A DNA stretch of 64,000 bases from Eledone cirrhosa (Eukaryota): assembly GCA_964016885.1 (NCBI GenBank), contig CAXHJY010000736.1, positions 141,174 to 205,173 on the forward strand, read 5' to 3'. This document shows positions 37,881-52,617 of the stretch, in pieces. Each line of letters begins with the position of its first letter. Position 1 is the first letter of the stretch. The translations under genes and the position numbers were made by a program. The notes beneath the pieces were generated by a model that worked only from the letters and a program-made list of their open reading frames with translations, searched no databases and was not told the DNA's origin.

Positions 37881-40589
37881 ATGCCTCTCACCACCACCAC
37901 AATCTTAACAAACACACAGACACAGAAAACAAGTAATGACAGTAGTACAGAAATCAGAGAAATAAGAGAAAGTAATAGGATTAAAAGTAAAAGGAGATGG
38001 GAGACTAAGGACAAAGAGAATAACCAAGACGAACACACAGACACACAAAATAGGGTAGATAACAACATTGAGCCAGTGGAAAGAGACAGGAGTAATTATG
38101 AGAGACATAGAAACAACCATGAAGCTGAGGCTGTTGGTGGAAATAGAAATAGAAACAACACAACTAACAATAATAATAGCACTAGTACACATAAAGCAGC
38201 AGCCTGGAACTCTCCGTTTTATAACCCCTCCGATAAATCATTCGACCTACGACGAGTCCACGCCACGACTTTGCCATTTAACAAACGCACGCAGTTGCCG
38301 TCGCAGGTCGATGAACAAACAGAAGCACAATTTAGTATAGCTAAATCCGAACTTAGAAATATTATAGAACAGTATAGCAAGAAGCATAATAGAATAGAGG
38401 CCCAGCAACTGGGAGAAGAATCTGCAAATGGCTTGCGTAAGCTCATGCAGCGCTCGCGTAATGGAGAGATAGCATGTTTTCCAACAGACAAGTCTGGCAG
38501 AATGTCGGTTGACAGCCTGCCAAACTACATCCAGGCAATGCAACCCCACATCACTAACACAAGAGAGGTAACACCACAGGAGCATGAGGATAGAGAAAAA
38601 GCCCTCAATGCCCATATGGTGATGTGGACGAATATAATGCAGCCCAACAAAAGGACTGCCAACAACTTCCAGGCCTGGAACAATGACGTGTCGGCGTTGT
38701 ATGGGCTTCGAAAAGACCATAAAACGGGCTGGGACCCTGTCGCGGGACCACCAACACGGCCAGTCTGTGGGGCTAACATTGCTAGTAACTACAGACTGTC
38801 CTACTTCCTCTACCTGATCATACGCCCCATCATTGAGATGTCCCCAGATGTGTGTGACAGCACGGAGGACCTCCTCAGCAGAATCGGCGCGGGTAACCGA
38901 TCTGGGGACCTAAAAAACTGCATAATAGGCAGTATGGATGTTGTGTCCCTGTATCCATCTATTGACGTGGATTTTGATGTGGAGAAATGCGTAGAAATGA
39001 TCAGCGAGAGCAAGGTTGAGTTCCGTGGGATTGATACCAGTGAGCTGGGACTTCTACTTAATCTTACCCATAGTAATAGTTACCTAGACACTTATGACCT
39101 TAGCAACCTGTGCCCTACAAGACCAGCAAGAGGCAGACCACCTACCATTACCTCAATGGCCAAGAAAACCCACACAGATAGATGGAACGGGTGGACCAGA
39201 GCCATACGGACACCCGAAAACCACGATGAACTGAAGAAAATGATTGCACATGCGGTAGGGGCCAGCATAAAACTAACCCTTAAGGAACATATGTTCAAAT
39301 TTAATGGTAAAACATATGCCCAAGAGGAAGGAGCAGCCATTGGTGTTAGCATTGCAGGCGACATAGCTAACTTATTCATGGTATGGTGGGACAGTAGACT
39401 TAAACAAAAACTTAATGAACAATTAGAAGACAGCTTAACCCTGATAATGTACTCCCGCTACGTAGATGATATAAACATCGTAGTTAAGACACCCCTACTA
39501 AAGAACAGTCAGGAACTAGAGAAAAACACAATGGAAAGCATCCAGCAAATAGCAAACTCCATCCACCAGAGCATTAGAGTTACTATAGACTACCCAAGTA
39601 GACACCCCAACCATCGATTACCTGTACTAGACACAGAGCTCTGGTTAGATACCATTAACAACCAAAAACAAATCCTCCATTCCCATTATGCCAAACCCAT
39701 GACTTCCAAACATCTGATCCACCGAAACTCGGCCATTTCGGACCATACCAAAATCAACATACTGATTGCGGATTTGGTACGGGTGATGAGAAATGTGTCC
39801 CGCATGTGCAACCCCGAAGAACTAGAGAGACACATACAACACTTCATCCACCGTATGCAGTTCTCTGGCTACAATCAGAGAGATAGAATCAAAGTGTATA
39901 AAGGAGCCAGAACCAAATGGGAAAAAATGGTAAATAATGACATAAATGGGACCTGCCCCTTGTATAGGAGCAAATTTTGGAATAGAATAGAAAGAACTAG
40001 GAACAAGGCCAATAGAATAAACTCATGGTATGATAGCAATAAATACCAGAGTGTAACGTTCATCAATACAACCCCTAGAGGCGAACTAGCCTACAAATTT
40101 AGAAGGGCCCTAAATAAACATAATCTCAATATTAAGATAGTAGAAAGACCTGGTACCTCCGTAAAAACACTTATTAGCAAGACATACCCGTCCCAAAGAC
40201 CCTCATGTATAGATAAGAAATGTATAACCTGTAAAATAAGCCACCATATTAACTGTAAAACTACAAATGTAGTGTATAGCATAAGATGTACTGAAGGACA
40301 ATGTAGAAACAAAAATATAGTGTACATAGGTGAGACAGCTCGTAGTATAGGGGAACGAATAAATGAACACTGGCGAGACCTCCAAGATAATAAAGAATCA
40401 TCTGTGCTCTACCAACATGCTAAGATAGAACACAGGGGTAGATTAGAGAGCATAGAAATAAAAATAGAATCCACACACAGAAAAGACGCAATGTTTAGGC
40501 AAATTACAGAGGCAGTAAGCATAAAAGAATTAAAACCAAAATTAAATAGAAAATATGAGTGGAACAGCAACATCACAACTTACAATTAA
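37881..40589 (+). CDS. PLE reverse transcriptase + C-terminal GIY-YIG endonuclease, 902 aa, uninterrupted
   Basis: PTDKSG, YGLRKDHK, PTRPV, SMDVVSLYPSI, QEEGAAIG, RYVDD, LPVLD, HYAKP, CIDKKCITC linker, VVYSIRC...YIGETAR..ERINEH. Confidence 0.93.
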   Translation: MPLTTTTILTNTQTQKTSNDSSTEIREIRESNRIKSKRRWETKDKENNQDEHTDTQNRVDNNIEPVERDRSNYERHRNNHEAEAVGGNRNRNNTTNNNNSTSTHKAAAWNSPFYNPSDKSFDLRRVHATTLPFNKRTQLPSQVDEQTEAQFSIAKSELRNIIEQYSKKHNRIEAQQLGEESANGLRKLMQRSRNGEIACFPTDKSGRMSVDSLPNYIQAMQPHITNTREVTPQEHEDREKALNAHMVMWTNIMQPNKRTANNFQAWNNDVSALYGLRKDHKTGWDPVAGPPTRPVCGANIASNYRLSYFLYLIIRPIIEMSPDVCDSTEDLLSRIGAGNRSGDLKNCIIGSMDVVSLYPSIDVDFDVEKCVEMISESKVEFRGIDTSELGLLLNLTHSNSYLDTYDLSNLCPTRPARGRPPTITSMAKKTHTDRWNGWTRAIRTPENHDELKKMIAHAVGASIKLTLKEHMFKFNGKTYAQEEGAAIGVSIAGDIANLFMVWWDSRLKQKLNEQLEDSLTLIMYSRYVDDINIVVKTPLLKNSQELEKNTMESIQQIANSIHQSIRVTIDYPSRHPNHRLPVLDTELWLDTINNQKQILHSHYAKPMTSKHLIHRNSAISDHTKINILIADLVRVMRNVSRMCNPEELERHIQHFIHRMQFSGYNQRDRIKVYKGARTKWEKMVNNDINGTCPLYRSKFWNRIERTRNKANRINSWYDSNKYQSVTFINTTPRGELAYKFRRALNKHNLNIKIVERPGTSVKTLISKTYPSQRPSCIDKKCITCKISHHINCKTTNVVYSIRCTEGQCRNKNIVYIGETARSIGERINEHWRDLQDNKESSVLYQHAKIEHRGRLESIEIKIESTHRKDAMFRQITEAVSIKELKPKLNRKYEWNSNITTYN

Positions 40590-40882
40590 GGACAAAATGA
40601 AAACACACACACACATAGAACAAACAACTTACAATTGAAAACACACACAAAATGAAAACACACACACACATAGAACAAACAACCAACCAACAATAAATAA
40701 ATAAATAAATAAATAAATAAACAAATAGAAAAATATAAATAGAAAAATAGAAAAATGAACACAAACACACACAGACACCCGGATGTGGCGCATGCGCAAA
40801 CTGAGCACACAACACACACACAGAAACAAAATGGCGTAGGATAGAAGAAAGGAAAGGCACAGAAACGAAGAAAGGAATCCCC

Positions 40883-40927
40883 AGTCACTGAAGAGGTCAC
40901 AGAGTGTGTGAAGAAAGGACTATAACT
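40883..40927 (+). ncRNA. Hammerhead family E, mutated copy in PLE 3' UTR
   Basis: Same motif as 36966-37010, but with gtgaa for gtgac (stem II closing pair) and taact for tgact (stem I). Confidence 0.6.
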
Positions 40928-41197
40928 ATATATATATAAACAACTATCTGGCTGTGGAACCAACCAACCAACCAGAAATTTATAAGTTTGTAAATTTGTA
41001 AATTTATAAATTTATAAATATATAATAAATTGAAGTGAAAGCAACTGGTGCGTGTGTTTCTTATTGGCAACATGACCCTCCCAAACTATAACAATATCGG
41101 TTTCAACACACGATTTCAGATAAAGAATCTTGCTAATCAAATTCAGAAACGAAACATATATATATATATATATATATACATATATACATATATATAC

Positions 41198-41248
<51 letters not shown>

Positions 41249-41347
41249 CATATATACATATATATACATATATATATATATAGACATATATACATATATA
41301 TACATATATACATATATACATATATACATATATATATACATATATAT

Positions 41348-41464
<117 letters not shown>

Positions 41465-41555
41465 CATATATATATACATATATATATATACACATATATA
41501 TATACATATATATATATACATATATATATACATATATATATATACATATATATAT

Positions 41556-42304
<749 letters not shown>

Positions 42305-42339
42305 TATACATATATACATATATATATACATATATATAC

Positions 42340-42370
<31 letters not shown>

Positions 42371-42486
42371 CATATATATACATATATATACATATATATA
42401 CATATATATACATATATATACATATATATATATATATACACATATATATACATATATATACATATATATACATATATATACATACA

Positions 42487-42550
<64 letters not shown>

Positions 42551-42587
42551 CATATATATACATATATATACATATATATACATATAC

Positions 42588-42658
<71 letters not shown>

Positions 42659-42745
42659 CATATATATATACATATATATACATATATATATATATACATA
42701 TATATACATATACATATATATACATATACATATATATACATATAC

Positions 42746-42778
<33 letters not shown>

Positions 42779-42831
42779 CATATATATACATATATATATA
42801 TATACATATATACATATATATACATATATAC

Positions 42832-42862
<31 letters not shown>

Positions 42863-43244
42863 CATATATATACATATATATATATATATACATATATATA
42901 CATATATATATACATATATATATATACATACATATATATATAAAGGTACTATTATGACCTATAAAAACTAACACCCTCCCATCCCCTCTGGCTTTCGGCT
43001 GACTGCCACAGTAGCGATGGGTAGCAGTAAACTTTGGCAAGGCATAGGTGGGCCACTGACAGCGAATTTCTTTGAAATCTGCGGTGCTCATGGTCAACTT
43101 CCTTCGGACATGCGCTTGCGCAGACCGGTGGGGGTGAATTGGTACTCACAAGGGAACGGATGAAAAACCCAAAAGCACGAACTTCATCCGTTCCCATGTC
43201 GATTCAATTTGGATTGCCTCGGAAACAACCTTATTATGTAACAA

Positions 43245-43318
43245 GCTGTCTGATGATGTCACGACACTCGCACACAGAACAGTGTGGCCAGTGTCCTCAT
43301 TGAAATATATATCACAGC
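43245..43318 (+). ncRNA. Hammerhead ribozyme (family F) within a ~500-bp TA-flanked island (42944-43452)
   Basis: gctgt-CTGATGA(43250-56)-stem II gacact..cacac/gtgtg..agtgtc-GAAA(43302-05)-tatata-TC-acagc. The base of stem II is imperfect. Confidence 0.72.
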
Positions 43319-43451
43319 GTTATTATTAAAGGACTTGAACATCTGAAACTACTTTGCTTTTACTTATTCGATATTTACTCCGTCACTCCTATGTGGAAAA
43401 AGAACGTTGAGTGCTTGATGCAAAGTGCATCAATATTTACCCTAATAATAC

Positions 43452-43519
<68 letters not shown>

Positions 43520-43529
43520 GTATATATAC

Positions 43530-43604
<75 letters not shown>

Positions 43605-43879
43605 CACACAAATATACATATATATACATATATATACACACATATATGCATATATATACATATATATATATATATACATATATATAAACACATATATACA
43701 TATATATACATATATATATATATATATACATATATATACACACATATATACATATATATACATATATATATATATATATACATATATATACACACATATA
43801 TACATATATATACACACATATATACATATATATACACACACATATACATATATTTACATATATATACATATATATATAT

Positions 43880-43970
<91 letters not shown>

Positions 43971-43987
43971 CACATATATATATATAT

Positions 43988-44046
<59 letters not shown>

Positions 44047-44059
44047 TATATATATATAT

Positions 44060-44110
<51 letters not shown>

Positions 44111-44139
44111 CACACATATATATACATATATATACACAC

Positions 44140-44170
<31 letters not shown>

Positions 44171-44229
44171 CACATATATATATATACATATATATACACA
44201 CATATATACACACATATATATATACAGAC

Positions 44230-44284
<55 letters not shown>

Positions 44285-44393
44285 CATATATATATATATA
44301 CATATATATATATACATATATATATATACATATATATATATACATATATATATATACATATATATATATACATATATATATATATACACACAT

Positions 44394-44424
<31 letters not shown>

Positions 44425-44485
44425 CATATATATACATACATATACATATATATATATATATATATATACATATATCCATATCCAT

Positions 44486-46609
44486 GTGATACAAGTTACC
44501 AGTTTTGTCCGAGTGGACATGGATTTTTTTAGACTTTTTCACATGGATATTGAAGATTATAATGAGTTCATATATAAAGAACTCAGGAAAAATTATAAAA
44601 AATCTAATAATGCGTCACTCACCAACATCAACAACAAAACACACAACATAGTAAAAAAACTAAACATTGAAGATAGAACTGAGCCTTTGGCATTGAAAAG
44701 ACCACACTTCAACCTGAAGGATCATAAATCAAACTTTAACTCAAATCCTTCTATAAGACTTATATGTCCCTCCAAATCTGATATTGGAATAATTAGCAAA
44801 AAAATTTTGGATAGAGTCATCCCACAAATAAGAAAACACGTTATTTTACCACTCTGGGAAAACACTTCCCAGGTAATTAACTGGTTTAAAAATATTAGAT
44901 GTAAATCTTCTGCTTCATTTCTACAATTTGATATAGATAATTACCATTCTTCTATATCACCTATACTCCTGAACAAAGCATTGATATTTGATAAAAATAG
45001 ATCTAACTTAACTTTGGATGACATTAATATTATTACACATGCTAGACTAACACTTATTGAATTTCAGAATGAATACTGGACCAGAAACACATATAGTAAT
45101 CTATTTGATATTACTATGGGTTCAAGCGATTCCGCCCAAATTACTGATCTTGTGGGCCTATTTCTCCTTTTCAACATAAATGCCTCCTTTCCCCACCTTA
45201 AAGGTGGTTTATATCGTGATGACTGTCTTCTTCTTTCCAACAACCTTAGCCTTTCAGAAATAGAAAAAAACAAAAAGCATATTAGAACTCTCCTTAAAGA
45301 CTATTATAGTCTTCATATTACTTTTGAAAAAACAAGTAAAGTAGTAAATTTCCTAGATATAACTTTAGACTTAGCTACGGGTATCTACCAACCTTACCAT
45401 AAACCCAACCAAAACTTACACTACATACACTCACAATCTAATCACCCTAAATCTATCCTTAAAAACCTTGCATATAATATATCACTTAGAATTTCTAACC
45501 TTTCTTCTAACCAAGATGTATTTGATAAAAATGCGACCTTCTATAACGAAGCTCTAGATAGAAGTGGCCACAAAAATAGATTAGAATATATACCTTCTAC
45601 TAAAAATACTAAAAACATACAACCTAATATTACCAACAAACACCAAATGAAAAGTACACACCTAAATGCCACCCACACTATACCCCAAAATACCAAATCT
45701 TCTAATATAAAGTATAGTAACTCTCAAAAAACTACTCATCATACAACTCTAATAAATGTTAATAATAAAACTCCTAATAAACAAGATAAAACACCTAAAT
45801 CTACAAATATAACTAAAAATGTGCGTGGTGAGATCATTAACATTAATCCTCCTAGTAAACATCACGATACAACCTATAAAAATAATAAACAACATAGAAA
45901 CCGTAATAGACGGGTTACTTGGTATAATGCTCCATTTAATTTACAAATTAAGGATAATATTGCTAAAAAAATTTTTTATATCCTAGAGAAAAACTTCCCG
46001 CCAAACCACAAATACCATCAAATCTTAAATAGGTCTACAGTTAAATTCTCATACTCAACAACAAATAACATAAAACAAAATATAAGTGCCTATAATGCAT
46101 ATAAATGTAAGAAAACCATAAGTATACCACCAATACATCAAACTAACCATAATATCTCCTCAAATACAGTATTAACGAAAGGTTGTAACTGTAGAAACAA
46201 AGCAAACTGCCCATTAAAAGGAAATTGTCTTGTTAACAACATAGTTTATAAATGTAATGTTAAAACTAAAGATTCTATTTGCTCATATATAGGAGCTACT
46301 TCTAACAATTTTAAGGCAAGGTTTAATACCCACAAACATAGTTTTAAAAATGCCGCACTGGCTAATACAACATCTCTAGCAGAAAAAATCAATAGTTATA
46401 AAAATAAGAATATAGAATATGATTTGACCTGGAGTGTGCTCAAAAGAGCCACCCCTTATCAAAATAATAGAAATGAATGTAGATTATGTTCCCAAGAACT
46501 ATTTGAAATAATGAAATCTAAGGATATCCTATTAAATAAACGACAGGAATTAATTATATCGTGTAATCATAAACTAAGAAAAACATTTAAATATTATAAA
46601 CCTAATTAA
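44486..46609 (+). CDS. PLE RT + Cys linker + GIY-YIG, 707 aa open but N-terminally truncated
   Basis: [77 protein letters not shown]...YIGAT, CRLC...CNH. Confidence 0.9.
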   Translation: MIQVTSFVRVDMDFFRLFHMDIEDYNEFIYKELRKNYKKSNNASLTNINNKTHNIVKKLNIEDRTEPLALKRPHFNLKDHKSNFNSNPSIRLICPSKSDIGIISKKILDRVIPQIRKHVILPLWENTSQVINWFKNIRCKSSASFLQFDIDNYHSSISPILLNKALIFDKNRSNLTLDDINIITHARLTLIEFQNEYWTRNTYSNLFDITMGSSDSAQITDLVGLFLLFNINASFPHLKGGLYRDDCLLLSNNLSLSEIEKNKKHIRTLLKDYYSLHITFEKTSKVVNFLDITLDLATGIYQPYHKPNQNLHYIHSQSNHPKSILKNLAYNISLRISNLSSNQDVFDKNATFYNEALDRSGHKNRLEYIPSTKNTKNIQPNITNKHQMKSTHLNATHTIPQNTKSSNIKYSNSQKTTHHTTLINVNNKTPNKQDKTPKSTNITKNVRGEIININPPSKHHDTTYKNNKQHRNRNRRVTWYNAPFNLQIKDNIAKKIFYILEKNFPPNHKYHQILNRSTVKFSYSTTNNIKQNISAYNAYKCKKTISIPPIHQTNHNISSNTVLTKGCNCRNKANCPLKGNCLVNNIVYKCNVKTKDSICSYIGATSNNFKARFNTHKHSFKNAALANTTSLAEKINSYKNKNIEYDLTWSVLKRATPYQNNRNECRLCSQELFEIMKSKDILLNKRQELIISCNHKLRKTFKYYKPN

Positions 46610-47076
46610 TAACATTATTTTAGAAATTAATATATAATTTAATTTAAATGTTAGTTAACCTATAAATTTAATTTAATTAAAATTCTACTACAGATGGGAT
46701 TATAAAATATTGTGTAATCATAAATTGCGAAAAACTTTTAAATATTACTAATATATACTTAATAAATTAATTTATAGATTAATTTTAATTTATTTAACCT
46801 TTTATTAAAATTCCTTTACAGATAAAATATAACAAAATATCGTGTATTCAATGACAGAGAAATAATTTTTAGTATTATAGACCTAATTAATGTACATTTT
46901 AGAAATATATTTATAATTTGGTTTTAAATTTGGTCAACCTAAAAATTTAATTTAATAGGCTTAAAATTAGTATCCTAATACAGATGGATTGCAGAGTGTC
47001 ATGTAATCATAGAATGAGATAGGTTTTGGATGTATACCTAGTTAATATATTCTTTGCAATTTTTGAAAAATATCTA

Positions 47077-47139
<63 letters not shown>

Positions 47140-47808
47140 GTATATGTATATGTGTATGTATTAATTTTAATTTCTGTTTACCTATAATTATATTCTAATA
47201 TAGAAAAAATACAATATCTGTTTTAATTATTATAAACCTAATTAACATATACTATATAATTTAATATATAATTTTTAATTTAGTTAACCTATAATTTATA
47301 TTCTACTACCGATGTAATACTTTATTTGTTTTTTCCCTATTACTAATTTCATTTCCTAATATTGATACCATAACGTTAATAATTTTAATTTAGTTATACT
47401 ATAATTAATACTCTACTACTATTTAACTTCAAATTTCTGCTTCAAATATTATAAACCTAAGTAGTATACACCTTAGAAATCAATATATTAACTATCTTTA
47501 GTTTAGTTAACCTATAATTAATGCTATAATTATATTGAAATGCATAATTTTGCCTTCTTTCTTACATTTCCTAATACTGAAACTATGTAAACACATATTA
47601 TGATCTAAATGCAGATTAATATTCTATGTTTCTTGAAACATATATTTACTATAATCCCCCCCCCCCCTACTATTATTATTTGTATTTGTAAGCCTGGATG
47701 TATGTATGTATATGTAGGTAGGTATATATGTTTGTGTGTTTGTATGTGAGTATAAAAATACATATGTGCGCATGCAAATAAGGGTGTATGATTGTGTGTA
47801 TATATATT

Positions 47809-47843
<35 letters not shown>

Positions 47844-48059
47844 GTGTATATGTGTGTCTATATATGTGTGTGTATATGTATGTCTATATATATGTGTATC
47901 TATGTATCTATGTGGGTATATGTGTGTATGTACATGTATGCACATGTATGTGTCTATGTATATATGTGTGTATGTGTATATGTGTACGTATGTGCGCATG
48001 TATATGTGAGTGTGTGTATATATATGTATATATATATGTATTATTTATATATATATATA

Positions 48060-48110
<51 letters not shown>

Positions 48111-48153
48111 AGTTGATGTGTGTATGTGTATTTATATGTGTATGTATATGTGA

Positions 48154-48195
<42 letters not shown>

Positions 48196-48395
48196 ATATA
48201 TGTGTATATATATATGTGTGTGTATATATATATGTATATGTATGTGTGTGCATATTTGTCTGACTGCGTGTATTAATTAATTAATTTATTTATTTATCTT
48301 ATTTCTTTATTTCTTTATATATATATGTGTGTGTATGTGTATGTATGTATATATGTATATGTATGTGTATGTATGTATATGTGTGTGTATATGTT

Positions 48396-48456
<61 letters not shown>

Positions 48457-48786
48457 ATGTTTGTGTGTGTATATATATGTATGTGTGTATGTATGTGTAT
48501 GTATGTGTGTTTATGTGTGTACGTGTGTATATATTTATATATGTATATGTATCTCTATTTATATATGTATATGTATGTATGTATATACCTTTTTCTTTGT
48601 ATGTCCGAGTTGTGTGAGCGTGTGGTGGTGTTTGTATGTATATACGCATGTATGGATGTGTATGTATTTGTATATATGCGTATATGTAAGTGTGTATGTG
48701 TGTGTGAGAATATATGTATGAGTATGTATGTGTGTGTATTTGTATGTATGTGTGTATATGTGTGTGTATGTATATATGTATATGTA

Positions 48787-48853
<67 letters not shown>

Positions 48854-48975
48854 ATATTTATTATATCTGTGTGTGTGTGTGTATATATATCTTTATATAT
48901 GTGTATGTGTATGTGTGTGTATGTGTGTGTGTGTATATATGTATGTGTGTGTATATGTATATGTATATATATATG

Positions 48976-49030
<55 letters not shown>

Positions 49031-49181
49031 GTGTATGTGTATGTGTGTGTATGTATATATATATATATGTATATATATTTATATGTGGGTATGTATGTGT
49101 ATGTGTGTATATATATGAGTGTGTTTATATATATGTGTGTAGATGTGTCTGTATATGTGTATATATATGTATATATATATG

Positions 49182-49218
<37 letters not shown>

Positions 49219-49315
49219 ATATATATGTATATGTATATGTATACGTGTGTTGTGAATGTATATATATATATATGTATATATATATGTATATATATATATA
49301 TATTTATGTGTGTAT

Positions 49316-49349
<34 letters not shown>

Positions 49350-49667
49350 GTGTGTATATGTGTATATGTCTATGTATTTATATGAGTATATGTATGTGCC
49401 TCTATATGTATGCGTGTGTGTATGTGTATGTGTATTTATATGGTATGTCTATGTATATGTAGGTGTATGTATGTGTTTGTGTATAGGTGTATGTATATGT
49501 ATGTATATGTAAGTGTATCTATGTGTGTGTATATATATATATATATATGTATATGTATGTATATCGATGTATATTTTATATTTTACTTGTTTATATATAT
49601 ATATATATGTGTGTGTATGTATATGTATATATATATATATATGTATATGTATGTATATATATATATG

Positions 49668-49739
<72 letters not shown>

Positions 49740-50322
49740 CTTGATATATTTCTTTTTTCTTTTTCTTTTTATTTCTAAGTTTATAGATACATTTATAAAT
49801 AGGCAGTCTGCTGACACCGTTGAATACTGACCTCCCCCCCACCTAATTTCTGTATCTGGATCTAAATATGTGTGGCAGTGTTTATGTGCGTGCATTAATG
49901 TCCATATGCTTATGATAATAGTATATACACATATATATGTGTGTGGGGGTGTATGTGTATATGTATGTTCGTGGTTGTGTGTATGTTTATGCGTATACGC
50001 GCGTGTGTGTGTGAATGTACGAATATGTGTGAGTATATGAATGTGTGTATATATTTATTTATATTTATGTGTGTATACGCATTTTATCTGTAGATTATAA
50101 ACTTACAGAGACATTAGCCTTGAATTTTTGTATTTACATACATCTTTTTGGCATGCGTATGCATGTGAACATATATCTTTATGCATATCTGTGAACGAAG
50201 TTACTTAAATGTATATACACACACCTAACTGTATAAACTTTTTGTATTTTCATTGGTCAATTTGAATTCTGTTCCCAAACAGACCTGAAATTTTGAATTG
50301 TTGTTATTATCAATAAATATAT

Positions 50323-50477
50323 TTCATTATTTCTGAAGACGGCATATATATGTGTTTGGTATGTATATTTAATTTTGATAGTTTGTATAATTTTGTATAA
50401 TTTTGTACATAGATCTGTTGAATATGCATGCCAATTCTAACACATATATATCCTAGAAACGATCGTTAAATAATGAA
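50323..50477 (+). ncRNA. Hammerhead-like motif with ~115-nt stem II (family C)
   Basis: Perfect 10-bp stem I ttcattattt/aaataatgaa; CTGAAGA 50333-39; atatatatgtgtt/aacacatatatat helix; GAAA 50456-59; palindromic cgatcg; TT site. Confidence 0.72.
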
Positions 50478-50774
50478 CTTTTTTTGTTTAATATAAGGAA
50501 CTGTTTCATTGTTTTATTCATTATTTTTTTAATATTTTATCTTGACTCTGTATTCCGTTTATCTTTCACCGAAAGTGATTTTTCATTGCATCTCTTCTTT
50601 CCATGATATCCGGATTACATTGAGTTCTTCATACGGATTGGACACTACCGTAAACTCTTGGTAGATTTATCTACATACTTATATATATATACTTATATAT
50701 ATATACCTATATACATGTATATATATATACATATATATATACATATATATATATATATGTATATACATATATAC

Positions 50775-50807
<33 letters not shown>

Positions 50808-50814
50808 TATATAT

Positions 50815-52617
50815 ATGTATATATGAATATAGACATAGAATATTCGAAAATATTCTGTATGTTTATAATAAACATTTTGAAGACCTAATCGCTATAGAAT
50901 AGAATACGTCACGTATTACAATTAGATTCTCGATAAAAGCAAGGGAAGTAATCTACGCGTTTCATTCTTGTTAGAATTCATCAGGACTACATATCCAGTG
51001 CTTTTATCGAGAATGACACAGCTAGAGACTTATAGAATACTTAGCTGTGTACAGGAACTGGTTTGAAAGAGCGGTTGCCGGTCCGGCAGAAATTAGAAAT
51101 TGGAATAAATGCTCTGAAATAGCGATATATATATGAATATAGACATAGAATATTCGAAAATATTCTGTATGTTTATAATAAACATTTTGAAGACCTAATC
51201 GCTATAGAATAGAATACGTCACGTATTACAATTAGATTCTCGATAAAAGCAAGGGAAGTAATCTACGCGTTTCATTCTTGTTAGAATTCATCAGGACTAC
51301 ATATCCAGTGCTTTTATCGAGAATGACACAGCTAGAGACTTATAGAATACTTAGCTGTGTACAGGAACTGGTTTGAAAGAGCGGTTGCCGGTCCGGCAGA
51401 AATTAGAAATTGGAATAAATGCTCTGAAATAGCGATATATATATGAATATAGACATAGAATATTCGAAAATATTCTGTATGTTTATAATAAACATTTTGA
51501 AGACCTAATCGCTATAGAATAGAATACGTCACGTATTACAATTAGATTCTCGATAAAAGCAAGGGAAGTAATCTACGCGTTTCATTCTTGTTAGAATTCA
51601 TCAGGACTACATATCCAGTGCTTTTATCGAGAATGACACAGCTAGAGACTTATAGAATACTTAGCTGTGTACAGGAACTGGTTTGAAAGAGCGGTTGCCG
51701 GTCCGGCAGAAATTAGAAATTGGAATAAATGCTCTGAAATAGCGATATATATATGAATATAGACATAGAATATTCGAAAATATTCTGTATGTTTATAATA
51801 AACATTTTGAAGACCTAATCGCTATAGAATAGAATACGTCACGTATTACAATTAGATTCTCGATAAAAGCAAGGGAAGTAATCTACGCGTTTCATTCTTG
51901 TTAGAATTCATCAGGACTACATATCCAGTGCTTTTATCGAGAATGACACAGCTAGAGACTTATAGAATACTTAGCTGTGTACAGGAACTGGTTTGAAAGA
52001 GCGGTTGCCGGTCCGGCAGAAATTAGAAATTGGAATAAATGCTCTGAAATAGCGATATATATATGAATATAGACATAGAATATTCGAAAATATTCTGTAT
52101 GTTTATAATAAACATTTTGAAGACCTAATCGCTATAGAATAGAATACGTCACGTATTACAATTAGATTCTCGATAAAAGCAAGGGAAGTAATCTACGCGT
52201 TTCATTCTTGTTAGAATTCATCAGGACTACATATCCAGTGCTTTTATCGAGAATGACACAGCTAGAGACTTATAGAATACTTAGCTGTGTACAGGAACTG
52301 GTTTGAAAGAGCGGTTGCCGGTCCGGCAGAAATTAGAAATTGGAATAAATGCTCTGAAATAGCGATATATATATGAATATAGACATAGAATATTCGAAAA
52401 TATTCTGTATGTTTATAATAAACATTTTGAAGACCTAATCGCTATAGAATAGAATACGTCACGTATTACAATTAGATTCTCGATAAAAGCAAGGGAAGTA
52501 ATCTACGCGTTTCATTCTTGTTAGAATTCATCAGGACTACATATCCAGTGCTTTTATCGAGAATGACACAGCTAGAGACTTATAGAATACTTAGCTGTGT
52601 ACAGGAACTGGTTTGAA
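50815..52617 (-). repeat. 310-bp retrozyme-like tandem array, left arm (~5.8 units, 6 hammerheads on minus strand)
   Basis: Period 310 (atatgaatatagac at 50821, 51131, ...). Hammerhead reverse complements at 50948-50990 and every 310 bp to 52498. Confidence 0.95.

Larger units (their letters stand above)
36787..41155 (+). mobile_element. Penelope-like element (Neptune/Nematis-like) with 5' inverted copy of its 3' end
   Basis: 36787-37514 is the reverse complement of ~40368-41096. ORF 37881-40589. TA-flanked. Confidence 0.9.
44480..50690 (+). mobile_element. 5'-truncated PLE (Hydra-clade-like) with ~4-kb 3' region ending in a hammerhead-bearing segment
   Basis: ORF 44486-46609. The 3' region is colinear with the inverted copy at 15622-19270. 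Confidence 0.88.

Noticed and set aside
37294-38068. Asn-rich and Val/Cys-rich ORFs
   Set aside because: Low-complexity (CAA)n/(CA)n duplicated region upstream of the PLE ORF, plus the inverted copy of its C-terminus.
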